The notes under the pieces are model-generated. The model searched no databases. It was not told the DNA's origin and saw only the letters and a list, made by a program, of their open reading frames with translations. This document shows positions 53,402 through 64,000 of a stretch of DNA of 64,000 bases, in pieces. A program made the position numbers and the translations under genes. Source of the stretch: an uncultured Actinomycetes bacterium (lineage in GTDB: Bacteria > Actinomycetota > Thermoleophilia > UBA2241); contig CAVPVX010000011.1 in the NCBI GenBank assembly GCA_963709345.1, positions 160,001-224,000 on the forward strand, read 5' to 3'. The first letter of the stretch is position 1. Each line of letters begins with the position of its first letter.

Positions 53402-53592
53402 CCGGCGTAGCGAAGCCGGCGCCGGCCCGCTGACTCGGGCGTGCGCCGCCGGTGAAGAGCGGGGAGGGGCGGGGCGCCCGAAGGGGCTCCCCGCCCCTCG
53501 CGCGTACGCGTGCGCCGAAGGACTGCTTGGGGCATCCGCGACGCGCGTAGTACACTACGGGCGACAGCACGATCCCCGGGGGGCCCGAAGCA

Positions 53593-55097
53593 GTGCGCAG
53601 CGGCAGTCGAACCAAGGTCGTCACCGTCATCGCGGCGGTGCTCGTGCTGTCGCTCGCCTGCGCCGCGCAGGCGCCCGCCGAGCCCTCGGCCGACAACCCG
53701 GCGCCGAGCATAAGCTCCCTGTCTCCGGCGGTGGCGGCCACCGGGGGCGCGGAGTTCACCCTGACGGTCACCGGTCTCGGCTTCGTCGCCGCCTCACAGG
53801 TGTACTGGAACGGCGAGGCGCGGCCCACCGTCTTCGTCTCGACCACGCAACTGCAGGCGCAGATCGCGGCCGGTGACATCGCCGCCGACCAGACGGCCGC
53901 CGTCACCGTCGTTCAACCCGGCGCCCGGCGGGGGCATGTCGCCGGCCGTGAGCTTCCGCGTCGCGGCGCTCGAGCCCGGTCCCGGAGATCACCGGTCTCA
54001 GCCCCGCGCAGGCGCTTGCGGGCGACACCGCCTTCGGCATCACCGTGATCGGCAGTGGGTTCGTGCCCGGCGCCGAGGTGTTGTGGAACGGGGAGGACCG
54101 CGCGACCGGGTACGTGAACTCATTCATGCTCGCGGCCACCATCCGCGCGAGCGACGTCGCCGAGGCCGGCACGGCCTACGTGAGCGTGGTCAACCCGCCG
54201 CCGGGCGGGGGGCAGTCGCTGGAGGCGCGCATCTTCACCATCGTCCACCCGGCGCCGACGCTCGAAGGGCTGGAACCGGCTTCGGTGTGGGCGGGAGGCT
54301 CGTCCTTCACGCTGGCCGTGAACGGGAGCCGGTTCGCGCCCGGCTCAGTCGTGCAGGTGGCCGGAGTGGATCTGCCCACCACCTTCGTCTCCGCTGAGCG
54401 CCTGGAAGCGCCGGTGCCCGCGGCTGCGATCGCCCACGCCGGGTCGCCCAGCGTGCGCGTGTTCACACCCGACCCCGGCGGGGGGCTGAGCGAGCCGGTG
54501 CTCCTGGCGGTCGAGGACGACCCGTATCCTACGGAGACCTCGGTGAGCGGGCTGGCCGGCGTCTGGTACCGCAAGACGGTCACCTTCACCCTGGTTGCGA
54601 CGGATGTCGGCCGGGGGGTGTGGAAGACCTTCTATCGCATCGGAGAGGCCGGCGACTACAAGGAGGGCACCACGGTCCGTGTACCCGCGCCCGCGAACCA
54701 CTCCAAGGACGGTCTCTACCTGGTGCGGTTCTACTCCGTCGACGAGGCGCTGAACTGGGAGCAGCCCAAGGAGGTGTCGGTAGGCATCGACACCCGGCGT
54801 CCCAAGACGTGCGTCACGTCCCGCACCGTGAAGAGGGGCGCCACGCTGCGCCCGCGCTACCGCGTCGACGACGCCCTGAGCTCGCGGGCGCGGGACGCGA
54901 CGCTGCGGGTCACGAACAAGGCCGGCAAGGTCGTACTGCGCTGCTACCTCGGGCGGCCGCTCACGCGCAGGTGGCGCACGGGCGCGGGGTGCAAAGTGAC
55001 CTTGCCGCGCGGCACCTACAAGATGCGCGTCTTCGCTCACGACCTCGCAGGCAACCCGCAGGGCGGCATCCGGTCGGGGACTCTGAAGGTCTACTAG
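53593..55097 (+). CDS. Secreted IPT/TIG repeat protein (frameshifted)
   Basis: Three P.I..LSP...G..FTLTV.G..F..T.FVS...L repeats plus a basic C-terminal domain. Confidence 0.72.
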
Positions 55098-55164
55098 AGG
55101 GTCAGCTTCGAGTCTCCGCACCCGGCCGTGGCGGCGCCTCCGCGCAGGGGCTAGAATCACGGTC

Positions 55165-57114
55165 GTGTACACGCCGCAGGGGCAGGCTTCCTGCCCGATC
55201 CCGCCGACAGTGAGCAGGGCGCACCACGTGCTGAAGCGAGTCTGGGAGTACCTGAACGAGTTCCTGCGCATCAACGCCATCAGGCGGATGCTGGCGATCG
55301 TCGACGTCAAGGCATCCGAGATCGGCGGGCTTGTCGGACTCGCAGTGCTCTTCGCCGTCTTCGAGGGCATCGGCCTCTCGCTGCTGCTGCCGATACTGCA
55401 GTACGCCGACGGCGGTCAGACGGCGATCATCGAGAGCTCGGGCTTCGTCTGGCAGGCGATCGCGTCGTTCATGGACCTCTTCGACCTGCCCATCACGCTC
55501 CCCGTGCTGCTGGTGCTCGCCTTCATCCCCATCCTGATGCGCCAGGCGGTATTTTACGTCAACGCCTGGTACTCGGCTGTGGTCTCGACGCGTATCGGCC
55601 TGCGGCTGCGGATGCAGACGCTCGATCGCGTGCTGGACGCCGACCCCGCGTTCTTCTCTCACCATTCGATCGGGCATCTGGTGAGCATCATCCTGACCCA
55701 GACGGCGGTGGGCAGCAGCGCCATCCTCGCCGTCATCAGGCTGCTCTCCATCGCGCTGCTCATGCTCGTCTACGTCGCGATCCTCCTGGCGCTCTCGGTG
55801 CCGCTCACGTTCAGCATCCTGCTGTTTGCCGTCGTGGTGTCGCTGGCGATCCGGGCGAACATCGCTCACATCCGGGAGTACGGTACCGTGACCGCCAAGG
55901 TCACGCAGGAGGTCTGGATCACGCTCGTCGAGCGCGTCGGGATGATCCGGCTCATCAAGCTGCGCGACCAGAAGGCGGCCGAGTCGGCGCGGATCCGGAC
56001 GTTCCTGGACAGGCTCCGGGCGGTCGACGTGCGCCAGGCCCGCCTGGGGGCGAACATCGAGGTGACGGCAGATCCCTTGCTCATGCTCTCGGCGTTCGTC
56101 ACGCTCTACATCGGCATCGCCGTTCTGGGCATGACGCTGCCCCAGCTGGGGCTGCTGCTCTTCGTGCTCAACCGCATGAACGCCAAGGTCAAGGAGTTCA
56201 ACGCCGGCCGCCAGGCGATCTCGCAGAACATGGCCGGCCTGCTGCTCGTCAACGAGCTGGCGCACGACGCCGCCGCCGCGAACACCATCGGCCGGGGCGC
56301 TCTGCCGTTCGGCGGTCTCGAGCGTGAGATCGTGCTCGATGACGTCACGTTCGAGTATCCCGACGACGCGGCGCCCGGCGCCCCGGTGGCCGCCGGGGAT
56401 GGGGCACCCGACCCGGAGGCCGCCGCCGACGGCCGGGTCGTGCTCAAGGGCGTCACGCTCTCGATCCCCGCCGGGTCGTTCACGGCGCTGGTCGGTCGCT
56501 CGGGCGCGGGCAAGTCCACGCTGGTCGAGCTCCTCCCTCGCCTGCGGGACGCGACCAGCGGCAGCATCACCCTCGACGGCACCGACATCCGGGCGTTCGA
56601 CGTGGGCACGCTGCGCAGGGGGGTCGGCTACCTCACCCAGGACGCCATGCTGTTCAACGACACCGTGCGCGAGAACCTGGTGTACGGGCTCGGGTCCGAG
56701 CCGTCGGACGAACAGATCCGCGACGCGCTGGAAGGCGCCCACGCGGGGTTCGTCCTCGACCTGCCGAACGGGCTCGAGACCAAGCTCGGCGACCGCGGTG
56801 TGCGGTTCTCCGGAGGCGAGCAGCAGCGCATCGCGCTGGCGCGCGTGCTGCTCGAGGACACATCGATCCTCATTCTCGACGAGCCCACCAGCGCCCTCGA
56901 CTCGGAGTCCGAGCAGTACATCCAGGATGCGCTCGCCCGGCTGCACGGGCGCAAGACCATCATCGTCATCGCGCACCGCCTGGCGACCGTCATCCAGGCG
57001 GACCAGCTCCTGGTGATCGAGGAGGGGCGCATCGCGGAGCGCGGCACGCACGACGAGCTCGTCGCTCAGGCCGGCGCGTACCACAAGCTCTTCCAGAGCC
57101 AGTTGCTGGGCTGA
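55165..57114 (+). CDS. ABC exporter (MsbA/PglK-like, probable glycan flippase)
   Basis: TM domain plus GRSGAGKST, FSGGEQQR and LDEPTSALD motifs. Confidence 0.88.
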   Translation: MYTPQGQASCPIPPTVSRAHHVLKRVWEYLNEFLRINAIRRMLAIVDVKASEIGGLVGLAVLFAVFEGIGLSLLLPILQYADGGQTAIIESSGFVWQAIASFMDLFDLPITLPVLLVLAFIPILMRQAVFYVNAWYSAVVSTRIGLRLRMQTLDRVLDADPAFFSHHSIGHLVSIILTQTAVGSSAILAVIRLLSIALLMLVYVAILLALSVPLTFSILLFAVVVSLAIRANIAHIREYGTVTAKVTQEVWITLVERVGMIRLIKLRDQKAAESARIRTFLDRLRAVDVRQARLGANIEVTADPLLMLSAFVTLYIGIAVLGMTLPQLGLLLFVLNRMNAKVKEFNAGRQAISQNMAGLLLVNELAHDAAAANTIGRGALPFGGLEREIVLDDVTFEYPDDAAPGAPVAAGDGAPDPEAAADGRVVLKGVTLSIPAGSFTALVGRSGAGKSTLVELLPRLRDATSGSITLDGTDIRAFDVGTLRRGVGYLTQDAMLFNDTVRENLVYGLGSEPSDEQIRDALEGAHAGFVLDLPNGLETKLGDRGVRFSGGEQQRIALARVLLEDTSILILDEPTSALDSESEQYIQDALARLHGRKTIIVIAHRLATVIQADQLLVIEEGRIAERGTHDELVAQAGAYHKLFQSQLLG

Positions 57115-57251
57115 CGGCCGCGGGCCCGGCTGGGCAGGCGGTCGCGGCTGTTGCGGAACCCCCTCAGAACCGCTAGGTTCCGTTTGCTTGGAGGACGTGA
57201 TTCGGCACTCTGGAGGCGCCGGCGGTGACAGCCCGAGACGGCGGAAAGAGG

Positions 57252-58265
57252 ATGGCGCGGTGGCTCGTTCAGGAATCCCTGCTGTCCACCCCTCTTCATC
57301 GGTTCCTGGCGAAGGTCTTTCGAGTCACGGCCTTCACCGGAGCAGGAAGCGACATCTGCCTGCGAGAGGGGTACCTTCCGATTCCCATCCACTTCTATTC
57401 GCCCGTACCGGACATTGCCGACCTGCAGGCCCGAAGCGTCTGGGACAAGCGCAGCCTGATGGCCGGGATCGACTTCCGTGAGGCTGCACAGGAGCAGCTT
57501 CTTGCTCGGTTGGGGGCGGCGCATGGAGACGAGTGCCTCTGGCCGTTCGACTCCGTCGGCGATCCGGCGCAGTTCTATCTGAACAACCAGTCGTTCAGCT
57601 TCGGCTGCGCCGCCGCCACCCACTGCGTGATCCGTCGGTTCCAGCCTCGCTTGGTGATCGAGATCGGCTCCGGCCAGTCCTCCCGCGTGATCGCTGCAGC
57701 GATGCAGCGCAACCGGGTCGACAATGGCGTCTCGGGACGCCACATCATCGTGGATCCTTACCCGGAGCAGGTCTTGCGCGGAGAGGCCTTCCCCTCGACC
57801 ACAGTGATCTCCGAGCGGGTGGAGCTGGCGGATGCGTCCCTGTTCTCGGCGCTCGGCGAAGGGGACATCCTCTTCATCGACTCGGGCCATACAGTCAGGA
57901 TCGGCGGCGACGTGAACTCCCTGTTCCTGGATGTGCTACCTGGACTGGCGCCCGGTGTCATCGTCCACGTTCACGACATCGCCCTGCCGTTCGAGTATCC
58001 AAAGGCGTACGCGACCAACGAGAGCTTCCGGCAGTTCTGGACCGAGCAGTACCTGCTTCAGGCGTTCCTCTGTTTCAACCGGGAGTTCGAGATCCTGTTG
58101 GCGATGAACTGGCTCATGGTGGAGCGCATGGGGCTGGTGCGCGCCGCGTTCCCGCACTATGACCCGGCGGTCCACCCGTTCCTCAGTGGCAGCTTCTGGA
58201 TGCGCCGGGCGCCCGCGGGCGGGGCGGTCCCGAGCGGGGGGCGAAGCACGGCAAGCTCCGCGTAG
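57252..58265 (+). CDS. Class I SAM-dependent methyltransferase
   Basis: IEIGSGQSS, DILFIDSGH, HVHDI and WTEQY motifs. Confidence 0.82.
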   Translation: MARWLVQESLLSTPLHRFLAKVFRVTAFTGAGSDICLREGYLPIPIHFYSPVPDIADLQARSVWDKRSLMAGIDFREAAQEQLLARLGAAHGDECLWPFDSVGDPAQFYLNNQSFSFGCAAATHCVIRRFQPRLVIEIGSGQSSRVIAAAMQRNRVDNGVSGRHIIVDPYPEQVLRGEAFPSTTVISERVELADASLFSALGEGDILFIDSGHTVRIGGDVNSLFLDVLPGLAPGVIVHVHDIALPFEYPKAYATNESFRQFWTEQYLLQAFLCFNREFEILLAMNWLMVERMGLVRAAFPHYDPAVHPFLSGSFWMRRAPAGGAVPSGGRSTASSA

Positions 58266-59383
58266 AGACCCACGTAGCCCTCGACCATCTGGTCGAGGGC
58301 GAAACGCTCCTCGACCCGCTGCGCGCCCGCGGCGGCAAGAGAGCGCGCCAGGGCGGGGTCGCCCAGGAGGCGGCGTACCGCGCCGGCAATGGCCCCCGCA
58401 TCGCCCGGCGGCGCGAGCAGGCCCGTCACGCCGTCGAGCACGACCTCGGGCAAGCCGCCCACTCGTGAGGCCACGACGGGTACGTTCAGCGCCAGCGCTT
58501 CGATGGCGGTGAGTCCGGACGCCTCCGACAGCGAGGGGACGACCACCACGTCGAGCGCGGCCAGGAGCCCCGGCGCCGACTCCACGTAGCCGACGAAGTC
58601 GACGGTGTCCCCGAGGCCCAACTCGGCGGCGAGCGCGCGTAACTCGCCGGCGCGGGATCCCGTGCCGGCCACCACGAAGCGCGCGTCGGGATGGTCTGCC
58701 GCCAGCAGCGCCGCGGCGCGGATGAAGAACTCGCATCCCTTGACCTTCTCCAGGCGCCCGACGAAGCCGACGCGCCTGCTCGTCTCTGCAAGCGTGACGC
58801 AGGCGTCGCGCGAGGCCGTCTCTCGGAGCGCGGCAGTGTCGACGCCGTTGGGAATCACCACGATCCGGCTAGGGTCGACACCGTCGGCCGTCAGGCCGTT
58901 GCCGACAGCCTCCGAGACGGCCACGAAGCGGGCCACGGTCCTTCGGCTCGCACGATTGAGCAATGCCCGCACCGCTGCCTGCGTGGCTGGTTCACCATCC
59001 AGGCGTGCGGCCCCGGGGACGACGTGGACCGTGTTGACCACCGGGGCGTGGGTGCGGGCGCCGACCCGCCGCGCGATCAGATCGGTCAGAAAGCCCGTGC
59101 CCTGGACGATCTGGGCGCTCTTGAGCTTCGCCGCCAGAGCAGCGGTGAGCGACATCACGGATCGAGGCGCGAAGTCGACGGGGAGGACGACGACTCCCCG
59201 AAGCGCGCGCGCCTCGCGCTCCAGCGCCGAGCCCGCCGCGCAGACCACGACGGGCCTGACGCCGGCGGCCGGCAGCCTGCCGGAGCAGAGCGAGCAGCTG
59301 CACCTCGCCACCGCCCAGGGTGGGCCCGGGGAAGTTGTTGATGACGGCCAGCGCGATGTCCGCCGGGCGGGCGCGCTCGGCAC
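58157..59383 (-). CDS. Glycosyltransferase family 4 (frameshifted near N-terminus)
   Basis: GGGEVQL, IPNGVD, GRLEKVKG and PSLSEASGLTAIEA..SRVGG motifs. Confidence 0.82.
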   Translation of the reverse strand: MPSAPARRTSRWPSSTTSPGPPWAVARCSCSLCSGRLPAAGVRPVVVCAAGSALEREARALRGVVVLPVDFAPRSVMSLTAALAAKLKSAQIVQGTGFLTDLIARRVGARTHAPVVNTVHVVPGAARLDGEPATQAAVRALLNRASRRTVARFVAVSEAVGNGLTADGVDPSRIVVIPNGVDTAALRETASRDACVTLAETSRRVGFVGRLEKVKGCEFFIRAAALLAADHPDARFVVAGTGSRAGELRALAAELGLGDTVDFVGYVESAPGLLAALDVVVVPSLSEASGLTAIEALALNVPVVASRVGGLPEVVLDGVTGLLAPPGDAGAIAGAVRRLLGDPALARSLAAAGAQRVEERFALDQMVEGYVGLYAELAVLRPPLGTAPPAGARRIQKLPLRNGWTAGS

Positions 59384-59389
59384 GGTCCG

Positions 59390-60270
59390 CCCGCGCGTCT
59401 GGTGAGGCTCGCGACCACGCTCGCACGCGGCGCACGCGGCGAGCATCCGTTCGAGCGTCCGCGGGACCGATGGCTCCGGCCAGTGCCCTCCTCGTGCCGG
59501 ATGCTCCGCCGGAGCCGCACCGCCGATGTCGCGCCGGCGGCGAGCTGCGCCTCGGAGAGCAGGCCGGTGCCCATGACCTCGGTGACCACGCGCAGGTCGG
59601 TCTCGCGCATCAGGAGTGCATCGGCCGACTTCTGCGCCTCGGTGCGCCGATGCACGGACAGCGGCCGCGGGATGTGCCGGTGCCTGTGACCGTGGGCGAG
59701 CGCGAGCAGCCAGAACAGGTAGTCCTCGGCGTAGATGCCTTCGCGGAAGCCGCCGACGGCGTCGAACACCGCGCGCCTGTACACCGCGCCCACGCCGTAG
59801 AAGCAGGCGTCGAGCAGTTCCTCCAGGGTGCAGCCGGCCGGATCGGCCCAGCGCGCTCTGCGGCCGTGCGGCCTCGCGTCGCCCGTCGTCGTACTCGTAC
59901 CAGCCATCGGACGTGAAGACCGAGGCGCCGGGGTCGTCGCGGATGCAGGCGTCGAACGTGGCCAGATGACCGGGGAGCAGCAGGTCGTCGGCGGAGAGCA
60001 TCACGAGGAGCTCACCGCGGGCGCTGCGCACCGCGGTGTTGTAGGCGCCGCCGGAACCGCGGTTCTCCTGCGAGACGACGCGGATCCGCGAATCCGTCGC
60101 CGGGCCAGTCGCTCGGCCACGGCGCGGGTCTCGTCGGTGGAACCGTCGTCGACGATGACGATCTCCCAGTCGGTGAAGGTCTGCGCCAGCACCGACTCGA
60201 CGGTCTCGGCCAGCGTCGCCCGGGCGTTGTAGGCCGGGATCGTGACCGAGAAACGCGGCCTACCGGCCAT
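59390..60270 (-). CDS. Glycosyltransferase family 2 (frameshifted)
   Basis: IPAYNA..AQT..VDDGS, SADD and EDYLFWL motifs; paralog of 62487..63380. Confidence 0.78.
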
Positions 60271-62490
60271 CGAGCACGCTCCGGTACACCTCGAGGATCT
60301 GCGCGGCCACCACGTCGGGGGCGAAACGCTCGACGGCGTAGCCGGTGGAGCGCGATCCGGGTCGAACTCGCGGAAGTGATCCAGCATCCAGTCGAGTCCC
60401 TCCAGCGAGGGCCTCCACGCTGCCCGCCTCGATGAGCCGGCCGACATCCGCCGTGACGAACTCCTCGGGCCCTCCGCAGCGCGTCGAGAGCACCGGGCGC
60501 CCGCACATGAGCGACTCCGCGGCCGCCACCGAGAAGGTCTCGTGCGTGCTGCTGACCACCGAGAAGGCCGAGTCGGCCAGGAGCGCGGGGACCTCGGCGG
60601 CCGGCACACGACCGGTGAACTCCACGACGCCGCCGAGCTCGGAGCGCGGCCGCCATCCGCTCCAGTTCGGCTCGCGACTCGCCGTCTCCGATGAGGCGCA
60701 GCACGAAGTCCGTGCGCCGCCGGCGCAAGCGGTCGACGGCCTGGAGCAGCGCGCCCAGGTTCTTCGCCGGCCCCATGATCGAGACGTGGGCGATCGCATG
60801 CCGCTCGGCGACGGGTGGCGGGACAGGTTCCGTCACCGGCACCACATTGGGGATGACCACCGGCTCCACGGCCAGACCGAGCTCCGTCAGGCGCTCGGCC
60901 AGGAACCGGCTCACGACGATCGTGCGCGACGCGCCCCGCGCGAGCGGACGCAGCAGGAAGCGCACCACGCCGGGAGTCCTCACCAGACGTCGCTCGCTCG
61001 CGGCCAGATACTCCTCGGAGTGCTCGGTGACCACGTAGGGGATGCCGTAGCGACGCTTGATCGCGCAGGCGATCAAGCCGGCCGGCCAGAGCGCCTGCAC
61101 GTGGACGATGTCCGGGGCGCCCCGGACAGTCGCGCAGGATCTCGAAGGCGGCCAGGCCGACGCGCGGATAGCGATAGAGCTTGTTGAAGAGATTGGTGGC
61201 CACCGCCCGCGCGCGCCCGGGGACCGTGCGCGAGACGGGGGGCATCTTGAGCTGAGCGCGCACGACGGTGCTTGCCCCCTCGCTCGTCGCGCGCGGCCTC
61301 AGCCCCTCCTCGGCCTCCCGCACGTACACCACGGCGATCCCGGCTCGCTCTTCGAGCGCCTCCACCTGCTGCTGGATGAAGATGCCCGCCGTCGGCTGCT
61401 CGAGGCTCGGATACCAGCTCGGGATGACGAGGACCTTCAAGGCGCCATCGAGCGAGGACCGGTCGAGCGCGAGGGTCCGCTGGCTCACACGATCCTGGTG
61501 GTTCTCCAGCCTCGCGTCGAGCGCCCTGTACGCCAGTATCCGCGCGAGCGATCGGCGGATGGGCCTGGCAGCAGTCGTCACGCTCCGCAGGTGGGAGAGC
61601 GCGGCGCTTGCGCCTGGTTCTCCGAGACACCTCTCGAGGGTCCTCCGCAACCAGACCGCCTGCCGGGCGAGCGCCTGGTCGTCCGCATCGCCCAGTAGCC
61701 AGCGCCGCCGACGCGCGAGGGCCTGCTCGGTCCTCGAGACCATCGCCGGCGGGACCATGCCCTGCTTCAGGAGATCGTCGAGCGACCCGACGACGGCCAT
61801 CGCCCCTTCCCGTCCATCGTCGTTGCGCGGCTCGGGACGATCGAGGTGGTACACGTACAACTCCTCGGGCAAGTACAGGGCCCGCATCCCGCGTGCCGTC
61901 GCCCGCAGCCAGAGGTCGTAGTCCTGGGCGCGCACCATGGGGCGGAAGCCGCCCAGATCATCGAAGCGCGTGCGCTTGATCAGCGTCCCGCCGGCGGCGA
62001 TGACGCATTTGTCCAGGAGGTCCTCGAAGCCGAACGAGCAGACGTCAAGACGAGCGCAGAATGGCGACACCGTCCCGTCCTCGGCGACGACGGTGAGGTT
62101 CGGATGGTAGATGTCGAACCCGGGATGCCGGCTGATGAACGCGCGCATGGCGCGAAGGTAGTGCGGGTCCAGCTCGTCATCAGCGTCGAGGAAGCCGACG
62201 AACTCGGTGTCGCTCCTCGCCACGCCGTTGTTGCGGCCCTTTCCGACGCCGAGCTTCTCCTGTACGACCACCTCGATCCGTGCGTCGCGCGCCGCATAGC
62301 GGCGGGCGACGGCCGCGGTCTCGTCGGTGGAGCCATCATCGACGACGACGAGGCGCCAATCCGGGCAGCTCTGGGCGAGGACTGAATCGATGGCCCTGCC
62401 GAGGGTGTTCTCCTCGTTGTGGGCGCAGATCACGATCGCGTAGAGGGGGGCCGTCGAGTCGCCGCACGCGCCGGTCGGTGCGCCCATCAT
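60260..62490 (-). CDS. GT2 + GT4 two-domain glycosyltransferase (frameshifted)
   Basis: N-terminal VDDGS/LDADD/QDYDLW; then IPSWYP..GIFIQQQ, VTEHS and ETFSVAAAES..STRCGG. Confidence 0.75.
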
Positions 62491-63380
62491 GTGACTCTGC
62501 GGCCGACGATGGATCGGAGCTGCTCGAGGAGTTGCCGGGCGCGCCGCTCACCAAGCAGCCACGCCGCCGTGCTCATGGCGGCGGCCTGCCTCTTCGGCGT
62601 CAGAAGACGCGGAGGTCTTGCGATTTGGGCGAGCAGTCGCTCGCGCTCCCGGATGCACTCGTCGACGGCGCGAACGTCCTCGGGGCCAAGCGCGAAGTCG
62701 CGCCGCAGATCGGAGACGAGGCGGATGTCGGAACGATAGGCGGCCACCAGGTTCGCTGATTTCTGGCCGGGGCTCACCCGGTGAAGCGAGAGGGGCTCCG
62801 GGAGGTAGCGGTGTCGTGCGCCCCCCGCCATCGCCCTGAGCCAGAAGTCGTAGTCCTCGCCGAACACTCCCACCCGGTAGCCGCCGACCGCGTCGAACAA
62901 CTCCCGCCTGTACGTGGCGCCGACGCCGTAGAAGCAGTTGCCGATCACATCGGCGAGCGACAGGGACTCCGGGATCGCCTCCGGGGGGTAGACCTCTCGG
63001 CGGGAGCCGTCCGGGTGCAGATAGTAGCCGTTGCACGAGTAGATGTCGTAGCCGCCGACATCGACCGCGCGCGCCATCCCGGCCAGATGCTGCGGCAGCA
63101 GGATGTCGTCGGCGGAGCACAGCACGACGTAGTCCCCCTCGGCCAGGGCCACGCCGGTGTTGTACGCGCCGGCAGACCCCCTGTTCGCCTGAGACACGAC
63201 TCGGACGCGCGCATCGCGCGCCGCGAACGACGCGGCGATCACCGGCGTGTCGTCGTCCGAGCCGTCGTCGACGACGACGCACTCCCAGTCGTCCCATTCC
63301 TGATCCAGGACGGCGTCGAGTGTGTCGGCGAGGGTCTCCTGAGCATTGAAGGCAGGGACGACGATGGAAAACCGCGGCAT
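62487..63380 (-). CDS. Glycosyltransferase family 2
   Basis: VPAFNA, VDDGSDD, SADD and EDYDFWLR motifs. Confidence 0.88.
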   Translation of the reverse strand: MPRFSIVVPAFNAQETLADTLDAVLDQEWDDWECVVVDDGSDDDTPVIAASFAARDARVRVVSQANRGSAGAYNTGVALAEGDYVVLCSADDILLPQHLAGMARAVDVGGYDIYSCNGYYLHPDGSRREVYPPEAIPESLSLADVIGNCFYGVGATYRRELFDAVGGYRVGVFGEDYDFWLRAMAGGARHRYLPEPLSLHRVSPGQKSANLVAAYRSDIRLVSDLRRDFALGPEDVRAVDECIRERERLLAQIARPPRLLTPKRQAAAMSTAAWLLGERRARQLLEQLRSIVGRRVT

Positions 63381-63441
63381 GGAGCTCCCGTGTCGGTGCG
63401 GGCGTCCCAAGAGCTTGGACGCTTCTTCCTCCCGATAGAAT

Positions 63442-63753
63442 ATGCTAGGCGACGTGGCCGCGGATCGGGATACGCCTCACCAGCGAACGAGACCCGGACA
63501 GGATCCCGCAAGCGCTGATCCTGCCCGCCACCCTGTCGACGACATCGACTACTCCACTCCGGAAGCCCAGCGCGCCTTGATGTGGGCATCGCAGATGCTC
63601 CTGGAGGTCCGTCGCGAGTATGTCAAGTCGGCGTCTCGGAAGATAGCGCTCTACGAGCGCTCGCTGGGTCTGGCGGTCATCCCGGTGTTGCTGCGCAGAG
63701 GCGTGATCGTCCTGGCCAGGAAGGCGCGCCGCGGGCCTCGCGGCCTCTCGTGA
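63442..63753 (+). CDS. Hypothetical protein (start uncertain)
   Basis: ORF whose stop overlaps the GTG of the next gene. Confidence 0.35.
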   Translation: MLGDVAADRDTPHQRTRPGQDPASADPARHPVDDIDYSTPEAQRALMWASQMLLEVRREYVKSASRKIALYERSLGLAVIPVLLRRGVIVLARKARRGPRGLS

Positions 63754-64000
63754 AGGTCCTCCAGGTCAACTGCACGGACCTCCCCGGCAGACGGTTCAAC
63801 GGCTACGATCTGCTCACCGACCTGAGGTCGAGGGGGATCCGGGGTGAGCAGGCGGTCCTCTTCAGGCGGAGCGAGGACCCCGACGTCCGCACCCTCATGA
63901 GCGACCCCGGCGATGACCGGCTGCAGGAGGCGGTGTACCAGGCCGAACTACGCCACTCCATGGACGATCTCCTGTATCCTTGGGGAAGGGTGCTGGCCGC
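63750..64000 (+). CDS. Glycosyltransferase (GT4-like), 3' truncated by window edge
   Basis: GTG start; MKVLQVNCTDLPGRRFNGYDL N-terminus. Confidence 0.65.
   Translation, partial: MKVLQVNCTDLPGRRFNGYDLLTDLRSRGIRGEQAVLFRRSEDPDVRTLMSDPGDDRLQEAVYQAELRHSMDDLLYPWGRVLA

Overview
A high-GC bacterial window. It is probably from an anaerobic actinobacterium of Thermoleophilia type, which is an inference from GC, GuaB3 and gene content. 1-15 kb holds housekeeping genes: QueT, rph, rdgB, a CDF transporter, an M-box-controlled MgtE-like/Nramp pair, a pfkB kinase, a two-component system, guaB3-guaA and ltaE. 15-48.5 kb is a large amine-catabolism island. Three of its genes are interrupted by an in-frame TAG exactly at the pyrrolysine position: two MtbB dimethylamine methyltransferases and one MttB trimethylamine methyltransferase. 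The island also holds two non-Pyl MttB paralogs, a corrinoid protein, a deleted corrinoid remnant, a sulfotransferase-Sat-SulP module and a peptide-type ABC importer. It continues with an aminotransferase/archaeal-type GAPDH/PGK/LarA operon, a 4-hydroxybutyrate operon, gdhA and an atypical PII. A palindrome CCACC-N2-GGTGG follows promoter-like elements of tetR, the mtbB operon and the aminotransferase operon, tying them into one putative regulon. This suggests an undescribed, genetic-code-expanded pathway for complete demethylation and fermentation of N-methylated amines. 49-64 kb holds three secreted Ig-like proteins sharing a basic C-terminal domain, followed by a glycan biosynthesis cluster. 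Many frameshifts look like sequencing indels. No pylTSBCD genes were seen in the window.
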